A program made the position numbers and the translations under genes. Positions 14,401-25,000 of a stretch of DNA of 64,000 nucleotides are shown in pieces. Each line of letters begins with the position of its first letter. The first letter of the stretch is position 1. The notes under the pieces were generated by a model. The model was not told where the DNA came from and ran no database searches. It saw only the letters and a list, made by a program, of their open reading frames with translations. This DNA is from Catajapyx aquilonaris (lineage: Eukaryota), in contig JYFJ02001449.1 of assembly GCA_000934665.2 (NCBI GenBank), positions 1 through 64,000 on the forward strand. Direction: 5' to 3'.

Positions 14401-17400
14401 TAACTTGAGAGCTTGAAAACACGGAAAAGGGCACTGGCTACTGCAATTATTTTATATCAATATTTTGACAAATTTGTCCTTACATCGCGATTTACTCAGT
14501 TAATTCTTGTTTCGCGTTTTGAACAATGCCCGTAAATATTGCTAAATCAAAAGCAGCTTAATGAGTAACACCCTCTGCATGTTTAATTATGCGTTTGTAC
14601 AACAGGGATTATTTCTGGCGTCGACAAGCATTCCCGGCAACGAGCTACATGCCACGCAGATATTTCACTTTTAAGCATTGTTGAACCCCCCAAAAAAGTC
14701 TATCCGCCCCTTCATTAAATCACGTCAAAAAGTTTGCTCCCAGTCAATCCATTCACGCGATGTATAAAACACATGTATGCTAAACAGATTACATCGAATC
14801 GGCGCATTCTCACGTGCCAACCAATTGGGTAAAGTTTCAGCCCCGGACCTTTCCTTTTTTATATATAAAATCCGGTCCTACCCTACTATTTAGAAAAGGG
14901 GGGCATGTGACCCAAGACCACAACCTGCTCTACCTGTTCAACCGGAGATGGATAGAAAGTCAATTCCTTGTGGCAGCAAGTCACGCAATCACTATCGCGA
15001 TGTAGTGCAGCATGCAGAGAAGTACAGAAGCAGGATTTTTACAGCACCCATGGCAAAAGAGGTTTTCTCTCCCTCTTCAAAGGCGGCGTTGCAAGTCACG
15101 CATGACATCCGGAAGTGGAAGGCGAGCAAAAGTCTCTGGATTTGACTCACGTACGGCGGAAGTTATGCGTAAATGATTCGAAAGGAGTCTGCTTGGAGTG
15201 GAGGGTTGGGGTGGAGAAAAGGACCACTTCAATTTGAGGATGGCTACATCTCGGTCCCTTTTTTTTCCTGCTCATCAAAGGAAACTACTCGCCACCTCTC
15301 AATTCAAAGAGAGAAGAAGAGGGAGAGAGAGAGTGGGGGAGAGGATGAGGGGGAAGAACTGGCATTTTGGCCAGCAATTTGCTGGCCACAAAAGGGGCCA
15401 GGGCTTGACTTTGGCGCTTGGTTTGTATTTCGGGTGCGTTCCTAGCAGTTTACACAGCACTTCATTCCGAGGCTGGGAAGTGACGGCCGACGCTTTCAAA
15501 CAATACTGCTTTTCACTCAAAGCACACGCTTTTTTGTCTACTCAAAAAATAACGATATTAAGTATACAAAAATAATTTGACATTCTAGCAATAAACGTCT
15601 CCTCAAATGAATAAATCAACAAAAATGCGACACTCACGTAAAAAAATTGTCACTGTTAGAAGGAAACTTTTCAGTAAAGAAGGCACTGCATAATGTAGGT
15701 CATCGCAACACGATAGTCAGCATCGAATTTCGCAGCAACACAATTTTCTATAACAGCCTACATATACATAAAAACGTACAGTACAGTAACTCCAGGGCTG
15801 CAGTACTGCATTATTAATACCTTTAAAAATGATCTCAAAAGCTACAGCAATAATTCATGCAAAATATATTAATAGATGCAATACAATCACGCTGCTTTTT
15901 TTTCTTGTGAAATAATACCATTATTTCTACAGATAATTTATTGTGGAGCCATTTACACGTTCCTTTACTTTTTCTTGGCCAGACATAATTTGTTCATAAT
16001 TTTGGCTCTCCTTGAAGTCTACATTGCTGATCCCACACCTGAGAGGTGCAATTGAAACTGTGCTTCATTACCCCGCAATTTTCCCCCCTCTTGCTGGTTC
16101 GTATAACCACACGCAACTTGGCGGCCTCGTAATGGCCCGGGTGTCATTACTCTTCACGACCTATCTCATGACCCGGAACCTCGCGCTCTCTCATTGGACC
16201 AAGAAAAATCGTCTCGCTTCGTGACATTTGGCGGTCCTTATATGAATGTGCATTTTACCCAAATCGATCTCGCTCGTTGCTTCTAAGCTGAAAATAACGA
16301 CTCTCCCCTTGTATTGGAAGACGAATAAAAATCTTGGAGCCTTCCAACAAAAAAAAAAAACCAACCAACCAATTCTCCTGTAGGACCCGCAGCTTCTCTA
16401 GGTTATTTACGTATCGACCCATGAAAATCCCGCAGATTGGGATGAGTCTCTCCGCTACAGTTACCTCTCTCTCAGACCTTCAACCCACAAAAATCGGAAG
16501 AGTTTCTACTCCGTTGACTTTTTTTTTCTTCTTCTTCTTTTTTTTTCTCGGGCAGTTTTCAATTGCAAGGCGGCACCGTGAATCCTGGCGGTATTTGGGA
16601 TTTCCATCAACTGCCGCTCGATTCCGAAGGGGTTAAGTAGTACTCCAGATAAGTGGGAGTATTAAGACAAGGATTGATGAGTAACTGATTGTTTCTGCTC
16701 TACTTAACCGACTAGAGCATCAAGCCAGCCCCAGCACAAACCCTTTTTAGAGCGGACCCCCGGAAAATGAGTGCTCTTCCAAGTTCTTTTTTTCCGCAAA
16801 GATTCTTCCAGCAGTTCGTGCGGATCAGAAAGTTTCGATTCGGAATCGCAATAATTTATACTCTAGGATTCTCTTAACTTCATGCCCCACCATAAAACGC
16901 AAATATTATACACCAATGGCCAAATATTAACTGACTGTTTGCCTGCAAATTAAAACCGCATAGTGACTTATTCACGACACTTTCTCTCTCGGGCAGGTTT
17001 TCCCCTCCCATAGGAGAAGAGTTTGTTGTCGACTCCGTTTCGAGTTGTCCATTGTGAACCCCACTCGAGGGAATACCAGAACATACAAAAATTAGAGTAG
17101 TCCCAGAGCAGGAACACAGGACGAAAAAAAATCAGGACCAGCAGACATTATTCATTCAACAAATATACGCATCTAACTCAACAATCAGAAATGCTTCACT
17201 CTAAAAAGTACCTTTTTAAGAGTGGAAGCCATGCACATTAAAGTTGGGAAGGACACTCCATGGACGAACAAGTTAACAAATTTGTTTTCTTCTTCCCGCG
17301 AGACTTGCCGCGAGATTAAACCAAAAATGCCGGATAAGAGTCATATCTGGCGAAAAACCGTTCAATATTTTTATCCTCCCACATTTTCTTCACAAAAAAT

Positions 17401-19678
17401 GGAATTCTCGTAAAAAAAACATGTATAAAATTCGAGCAGCTGGCACACTCTCCTTTCTTTTTTTTCCCTTTTTTTGTAGGCTCTTCATCACTACCACTGT
17501 CGCTGTCGCCACAGCCATTTTATCCACCGGAAAGGCCAGCGGTTTTGTTCTTCTCGGGTGGAAAACACTTGACTCTCTAGAGGCACAACCAGGACGGACT
17601 TGACACCGTTTTCTTGCTTGCTCTAACAACAGTTTGCGGTGATATAATGACCCCGTTTTGAGAGGACACGCCCCGTTGTGCAGTCAGTGACTCGAGCGAG
17701 AAACTCTCAGAGAAAAGGCTCGGTTACCTGCAGCACACCGCCGTTTCAGTGCCAGGAAAATATAGCCAGAGTACGAGTGAAACACACAAAAGTCACATTT
17801 GGTCGGGTTTGAGTTTATGTCCAACCAACACGTAGCATTTTTCTGCTCTACTTGGTGAAATCCATTTAATCAGAAATATTCATAATGAGCCAGAAAGCCA
17901 GAATTTTCTGTCTTTTTGTGCTTGAATTCTGGATTATCTCAAAATTATTTTATAAATCTTGATTTTTCTTGTATTCTTATGATATACTGGTACAGTACAA
18001 AGAATAAGCTGGGGTTTTTTTTAAATGTTATTTTTTAAAAAAAATCCTGGATGAGTCACAGAAACTTACTGGTACAATGGCGCTGGCGTCTGTTGGGCAT
18101 GTTTCTTGTTCCCATTTGGAAAGCTGTGTGAGAGGACGAGGTTGGCCCCAATATCCTCCTTTTCCCAGGGAGAGACTGGAAGGGGGGGGGGAACAAAACG
18201 AGGCCAGTCGGCACTAAAAGCAGCTGTCTTGCACAATATTCCCGGCCAGTGGGGGGATGACTCGGGATCCATGCAGCTCTTTACACTTGCTTTCACTTCC
18301 CCGGGACACACATTNCCCCCCCATTTCCAACTAGACTTTTGGCCAGCTTGCTCAGCGACCGAGTTGCTTGGCTGCGGCCATTTGAGTCACGTCGTCGTTG
18401 CTCAACCTGCCCGATTCGAATGAGGGAAAGTCAAATTCATAAGCCACAATAGCGTAAACTGTGGTCAGCAAACAACTCCTGTTTTTGGTAAAATGCGGAG
18501 GAAATCGGATTTTGGGAGGACATTTCATTGAATTGGTATAAGCTGCATAGATATAACGGGGTAGATCAAGCCAGTACTCTGCTGTAGCACTCACAGTACC
18601 CAGGGAAAAATATTTGAAGAAATGCGATCCCAAAGGGACAATGCAGTATTCAAATTGTATTATACATTACGACTCAAGAGTTCTGCATTTCAGATCTTCA
18701 ATTACTCAAAATACTCCAATAAGTCTGAGCCTTCACTGTACAGTGACCTCAAATTTACAAAAGCGAATAATTTTTCTACCCCCATTAGCTCTGAGGAATC
18801 CAAGCAAACACAATTTTTTTTTCTCCAATCCGCAATCTGCAGAAAGACTCAAGCTCTACGCAGCAGGCAAACAGAAAAACACTGCTGACATTGTACAGGT
18901 ACATCGATCCTCTTTTCCCCGGCCAATGCTGCACTGTATTAGCAACGGGTCAATGTCAAATCGGTTCCGTTTCGCGTGCCAGAAAAAGAGACTCCTCAAA
19001 GTCAAACACGGCTCAGTCAAAAAAAAAAGTGAAGGATCTTACGTATAAAACTTTCCACCGGGTGTTAATCCCTCTGACATGAGATGATCGCCGTGTAATC
19101 CTAGCTTCCCAGATCCGACATAAGTCTCGCAACACAAAGGGGCGACCATGCGGGTACAACTTGATGTACGGTTATGCCTGCATTTAGCGTCAAAAAGTGG
19201 GGGGGTTGGTTCCAGCTCCATAGTTTCTGAAGTACTTCTGCCTCGTGAAAAACTCTCCAGTAAATGACTTTACAACTCCCGGCAGAAAACAAAACGTTTC
19301 CCCGTTGCGCCTCCCCTCTTCTATACTTTATTTTTTTGGCGCGTATGTGTCTAGCCCGCTTTTGCAAGTGTGTTGGAGCGAAAAGACTGAAGAGTGCAGA
19401 ATTGGCCCTGTCCATACTTTAAAGCTTGGAGAGGCACAAAAAAACAAGCCTGGGACGGAAGGAAGGTTACAAGAAAAAAAAGAAGGCAAGATGTCCGCAG
19501 AGGCCTGTATGCAGCAGCTCCAAGGGCAATTTCGCATGCTATATTGCGTGTTCCATTCAGACCAAGCGAGCTTCCAAAATCCTTCCGAGGAGGCTCTCGA
19601 TCGTTTAGCCCGCATTGAGTAAGAGCTCTTTTTTAGCTCCTGAGTATGGAGGCTCTTCATCTAGTCCGAATGTCACTA

Positions 19679-19684
19679 TTTATT
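19679..19684 (-). terminator. Polyadenylation signal AATAAA of the ARMH2-like gene
   Basis: tttatt on + (AATAAA on -), about 43 nt downstream of the TGA stop at 19729-19727. Confidence 0.6.
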
Positions 19685-19726
19685 TTATGGACTGTTACAC
19701 ATACAGCAAGTGAGCAAGATATCCGC

Positions 19727-20050
19727 TCAGGTTAATGCAAGTTGAAGTGACGACTCTGCATTCATGATTTTGTCTGTAGACTTAATGCTACTGTGTCTAA
19801 CCGGCCCATTTTGTGAGCCTCCATGCGGCATGACTCTAAGGGCAGCGCCTGCCTTCAAATATCTGTGGAGGCATCGTGTTGCGAAAGATCCTTTGCGACT
19901 CTCTCTCCTTCCACTGGCGGGTCCGAACAGGTGAGCAAAAGTGAGTGCGCTCCAGTTGTTCCCTGCCCTGTGCCACAATGCATCTAAGCGGAAGCTGAGA
20001 TGGGCCAACAATGGCCGGACTCCGACCATATCTCCAAGCGCGGTCAGGGC
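19727..20050 (-). CDS. ARMH2: Exon 2 (terminal, 107 codons + stop) of armadillo-like helical domain protein (ARMH2-like)
   Basis: Acceptor ttaactgcAG|GCC at 20051/20050 joins in frame to exon 1, giving ...IAGNSK|ALTALGDMVGVRPLLAHLSFRLDALWHRAGNNWSALTFAHLFG... This is the same frame as track ORF 19727..20029. It resembles the C-terminal part of ARMH2 as I recall it (L..HL....W....N.A....L.G). The family assignment is from memory, not from a search. Confidence 0.75.
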   Translation of the reverse strand, partial: ALTALGDMVGVRPLLAHLSFRLDALWHRAGNNWSALTFAHLFGPASGRRESRKGSFATRCLHRYLKAGAALRVMPHGGSQNGPVRHSSIKSTDKIMNAESSLQLALT

Positions 20051-20252
20051 CTGCAGTTAAATAGTCTATTTACTCTCATGCATTGGGGGAATATGAACGA
20101 GTAGCTGACTATTTTTTTATTTAAAAAGGCACATAATATGTGCAGTACATGTGCACCGGAAAGATGTGAAATGGTGTTACCACTTGTTTTCAGATTTGAT
20201 GTCGGTCGTTCAAGTCAGAGGTAGAAGTTTCTATGACTCGTAAACGTCTTAC
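20051..20252 (-). other. 202-nt GT-AG phase-0 intron of the ARMH2-like gene
   Basis: Donor AAG|GTAAGA at 20253/20252 and acceptor CTGCAG| at 20051. The intron is AT-rich relative to the exons and splicing it preserves the frame. Confidence 0.8.
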
Positions 20253-20819
20253 CTTTGAGTTGCCAGCAATGACTAACAGTATGACGTAGGAGGCACATCT
20301 GACAGTCGTAGAGCTGCGCTTCTCTTTCTGAATGAACTGAAACATTATGTTAAATCCCCGAAGATCCACAAACTTGTCCTGGTTCTTTTCGTTCTCGTAG
20401 CACAACATGCACAAGGATTGCAACAAGCGGATCTTGTAGTTGGAGTACTTCCTGGAACCCTTGTACTGAAGGAGCTTGAATATGTGAGGCATTAGTCGAC
20501 CGCATAGTTCCACTATTCGAGGGCTGCCCAGATACCCTTTCAGGCAGAGAGTGAAGATCTGTCCAATGCTGTCCTCACTCGGACGGTGTTCGTCCCTGGT
20601 CATATCATCTACAGCTTTGACCACCTGAAGGTATGTTGGAAGTAGGTCTTTCTTGACCACCTTTTCGTCTACCTCAGCCATATCGGAAGGATCGGATGGA
20701 AAAACCTCTTCCTCCAGGTAGGTGGCTAGCATGTATATTCGGAGGAAAGTGTCAACCTGGGAACGACTATATTCTGTCTCCTCTTTTGGCTGGACCTTCG
20801 AAGTGCTCTGCTTCATCAT
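20253..20819 (-). CDS. ARMH2: Exon 1 (189 codons) of armadillo-like helical domain protein (ARMH2-like, 296 aa in total)
   Basis: Longest ORF in the window, with natural composition and amphipathic helices. There is an in-frame TGA 18 nt upstream of the ATG. Segment YKIRLLQSLCMLCYENEKNQ...CASYVILLVIAGN matches my recollection of ARMH2 (KILLLQSVACWCYLN..SQ...CYVLSVMTCNN). The exon ends at a strong donor, so the last 20 aa of the track ORF are intronic. Confidence 0.8.
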
Positions 20820-21916
20820 GTCGAGGAGGTTAAATCATGCTCTCAACTTAGGATGCTCGATGCAGTTTCTTCTTTGCACAGATCAGACTCGAGGATCTTC
20901 GGTTCAGGAACGTCTCTCTCTCTCTCTCTGGATATGCTCACATTGTTTTGGTGGATTCCAAGGTGATGTCGCACATTGTTGAGCTGTCCACTCTGCATAT
21001 ACTGCACTCACATCAGCAATAATTATTACATTACTGTTGGTTGTTTACTGAGCAAATGTTGACAATAAAAATCATGCAGGCCAACAAAAATGAAAGAGAG
21101 TTCGAAAAGCTTTGCAGACATTGATCAATCCAGCCAAACTGCTCAAACCATCGGTCAATTATTTTGAATTTATTAATTTTGAAACCTAAGTTGTTACTAG
21201 ACAATATATTTAAAACACTTTGCAGTGTCTGCACATGGCACATGTAGCCTACTATAAATCATTGAGAACGCAGGGGATATTATTTTTCATTCATGCTATA
21301 TGCTACTTGTTGAATGTTTTAATATCCCCACTCCGAGATACGAATATCTTGTAAATTAACTTTCAGGAAAAATATCAATTATTAGAAAGTCTAATAATAT
21401 TTTTACAAAATTCTGCTTCTAGCTGTTGGCAGAGATTCAGTAATAATTACAAAGGTAGGTTTATATTTGACCATTGATAATTTCATTGAACCATATTGTA
21501 ACTTGCACAATGATAAGCTTTTTTAAAATAATATTTATTTGTTACAATTTCCCGTCATAACATTAAAATACGTGAACAGGAAAATGCGGCGGAATGTTAA
21601 TTTCAGCATTAGTTTTGATTCGCTCAGCTTTAAAAATAACCATCTGCTCGTTTTACCATGGAAAATGGAAACAAATATGCTTGTAAATTTTTTTGCACAA
21701 TGTACTGTACAGTAAAGCAGTGCAGAAACTTACATACACTCCATACCAGCAGTTTTCAAACTGCGGTATTTTTCCACGTCAGTGTGTGGTGTGCGTCCTA
21801 CCACAGGTACGACATGTTTCAAAGGGTAGCATTTTCAAGGCAACGCAACAGTGGCAATCACGCGTTGACAATTTTTTGTGCAAAATACTCTGCACGCTGT
21901 CATCCGTTATGTAAAA

Positions 21917-22022
21917 TACTGATAATAACTCTTTCATTTGTCTTTTCAGGTAAGTCGACTAGATGCGATGGTGAATAGTTCCCACCTAAGAGCATGGTTC
22001 CCACTTCCAAGGGAAGGTAAGA
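21917..22022 (+). other. Recursive splice site (ratchet point) at 21949/21950 with a 67-nt cryptic RS-exon (21950-22016)
   Basis: Branch-like tactgat (21917-21923), pyrimidine tract ctctttcatttgtcttttCAG, then immediately the perfect donor GTAAGT. A second donor AAG|GTAAGA follows at 22016/22017. Confidence 0.65.
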
Positions 22023-25000
22023 GAATGGCCCTCTAAAAAGTTTATCCTGGAAGTCAGGCAAACATGCGTACGGAAGAGACGCATGGGTTGCCTTTCAGTG
22101 TCAGGATAAAACTTAACTGATGAAAATGGCTCAAGACGTAGCTGAAGGCCATCTTACTTGAAACTTGATTAGCAGCCATCAAAAGCAACTTATTTGGATC
22201 ATGTGACCCACATTGCCCTTCAAGTAAGAAGACATTTATCTGAAACATGAGTGCAGTTTCAACCAAAACCGAAGGGAACAAAAAAAAATCGTAACAAAAG
22301 GACTCCTCGGGTGTAACAGTGTTGACACAAAAGGACTTTACGATTGCGTAGAGATAGCAACTTTATATCTCATTTGGAATTTACTCTCGGCGTTGAATCA
22401 ATAAAGGCGGCAAAGTAGCTATCGTTTTTTTCCCTTTTTTGTCTCCTGATTTACGACACCCTACAGAGAAATCGTACTCTTGCAAAAAAAAAATCCCTCT
22501 TTTTTGTTATTCTTTCTTTTTTTTGTAATCAATTCGGACTTCACCCTTTCCGCAACTCTCACGCCTGAATCTCCTCCTTTTCTGAAGCCGACCCGGTGAA
22601 CCGCCAATGGAAAAGCAAAGAGGACATGTTGGGGGGTTGGAAGACCGAAGGGGTGGCGTCGAATTGGGAAGGAAAAGAAAAGAAAAGGAAAGAGTAGAAA
22701 GAGACGAAAGAAAATAAGAGCGGGCAAAAAAAGCAGATTGGCGATGCTTAGCACTTCCTCTCGTCTACTTTCCGCACCAGAAAAATTCCACAAATACTTC
22801 AAGGAGATAAGGGTGGTTAGGTTCACTTAAAGGTCAAAATCTCTTTATTAACATTTTGGAAAATCCTGCATGATCCTATTGGAAATTTTTGCCCATAAGC
22901 GGCAGGAGTTATCAGAAATATCAGCTGCTAATATTAGCTGGGGGTAGGCGCATGTTTTTAAACATTTTATTTAAAAATTGGCCTATGGGAATAGTTGTCC
23001 AATATCGAGTTACGAAGACTGGTGCGCGCAGCATGTGAAGTGTAAAGTTACATAAGTCAAAAGAGCAATATGGTGTGTACTTGGGAGGTAAAGTCAAACA
23101 GTAGTACTACCTGTGAAAACTGACATGACCCTAAAAACCGAGTTCCCGGGAACATGGCTAATTTTGGAGCAAGTATATAGGCAGATATATATTTTTTGTT
23201 CGATTAAATGTGGTCCGCCGCCAGCCATTCGCATACGCTCGTACTTGCAGTAATATTATGCTTTGCGCAAGAGCGCTGCGGGCTTAACGATCTACTTCAT
23301 GCAAGTATCAATACCTGATTCACATGCTTCAACTTTTTAAAAAACCGAGTGTGAATTATGTGCACACCTGACAAACTCAGGATATTCGCACATACTGTAC
23401 AGTACATACTGACGAGATTGGAATTTTTAGCGCATGATTTCTTTCCATGAAAATATATTAATCATCACATATTGTAAAAAAAATAACTTAATTAATTCCG
23501 TAAAAATAGCGCACTTGATAATGTATGCGATTTTTACCCTCCGCATATTTTAAAATGTGGCCTTTGACAGATCTGTTCATTGCAATTCACCCTATATTCC
23601 CACCATTGCAACTCACTTTTCGCTCTCGGCGCAAACGTGTTTATTAAACCTGGTTATTTAGCCTCATTGACGAGTCCATATGGAAGCTGTTTTACACTCT
23701 GGATGCAGCATTCGCGACTGACACTTGTTTAACTATCAAACCTGATAAAATCGCGTTGTCCTGACACATTTGCCAGTGAAAACCCCCCCGGTCCGCGGTG
23801 TACAGCATGACAAGTAATACACTACAGCACTCACCCCCTCCCCCCGTATTCAAATTAACACATTAATTTATTTACTTTGCCCCCCTCTACAATCAGGTTT
23901 TAATAAACATGTTTGACCTGCCCTGAACAAACCCGATTTCACCTCTAAGCTCACTTATTATTCTGAGCAACCCCCCGGTTTTGTAATTAGAGGAGTTTGT
24001 GACCATTCCGGAGAAGGCCGTTATTTTATAGGTTCAACCCACCACCCCTCAACCTTTCCTCTTTTTGGGTGGAGAAAATACTGTTTTCCAATCCCTATGC
24101 AGCTATTACCCTAAATGCTCGGCCCTTTTCTTCGTGCTCGGACTGCAAAATAAGAAAAAAAAATGTCTGGAGAGAGAGAAAAAAGAAGTAAAAAAAAAGC
24201 AAAGGCTGCATTGTCTTAATAGTAGCTCGCTGAAAGCTTGGGCGGAAAGTTGGAGAGAGAGAGGTTTTTTTGGAGGGGGAGGGTTGTGTCCCGGCGGAGT
24301 AACAAGAAGGGTACGTCATGCCGAGTTACCATCTTCAAGCACCGTCATGAAATTTAAATCAGAACACTTTCAAGAGAGAAGAGTGGACCGGACTCGGTTT
24401 TTGTGAAGTTTTCGTTCCTTTTCGTTAAAAAAAATTATATAAAATGTTTTGGGAGTGCTCACCTCGATGGTCATTATGTAGTCTCCACTCTATTGTTGAA
24501 CTGCTTCATGATGGCCTCTACAGTGTGTAATTGACGTATTGTCAAGCACCTGTCCGTCGGATGCGAGGAACTTTCCGTCATTATTCGACGTAATGGTGTC
24601 ACTCGGTTTTGGCGGACATGGGTGAGTAAGCATTGCTGTTTTAATGCTCAAGTTGCTCTGTACGTACAGGATGTTTGATAATGATGCAAACATCGAGGGT
24701 GAACTTATGAGCGCCAATTATATATTGAAGAGGTGTCATTTAGTCTTAGAAGCCTCGTTACCAATTAGCAGCAACTAATGTGCACATTACGGATACAGCC
24801 TACGACATTTATATCGGATCGGAGACCACCTGATTCATCTAGTAAAATCTGAAATTTATCGTAATAATAAAAACGTTAACCTGCAGCTCAACCCTATGAG
24901 TCATTTTGTGGCTTTGTGGCCAGATTTTTTAGTTTAAAAACATTTCAAGGGCTGTCTCGTAACACCAAGTCATTTTTGAGTAATAGTTTTCGCTTAATTT

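Noticed and set aside
17449..17603. Very strong acceptor-like tract ending tgtag at 17479 (similar ones at 13481 and 16555)
   Set aside because: No matching strong donor, and the reading frames give no recognisable peptide. Poly-T/C tracts are ubiquitous here.
19484..19505. aggcaagatgtccgcagaggcc resembles miR-31
   Set aside because: The seed matches, but there is no complementary star arm at hairpin distance and the upstream flank is an A-run.
20190..20252. C-terminal 20 aa (VRRLRVIE...) of the 209-aa track ORF
   Set aside because: Lies beyond the AAG|GTAAGA donor, so it is intron read-through.
20705..20723. cctcttcctccag|gtaggt as a + strand recursive site
   Set aside because: It is the antisense of the codons for TYLEEEV in the ARMH2-like exon, and the tract is short.
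8883..22912. Identical 14-mer gcggcaggagttat at 8883 and 22899
   Set aside because: Several exact 14-mer pairs are expected by chance in 64 kb, and the flanks do not align.
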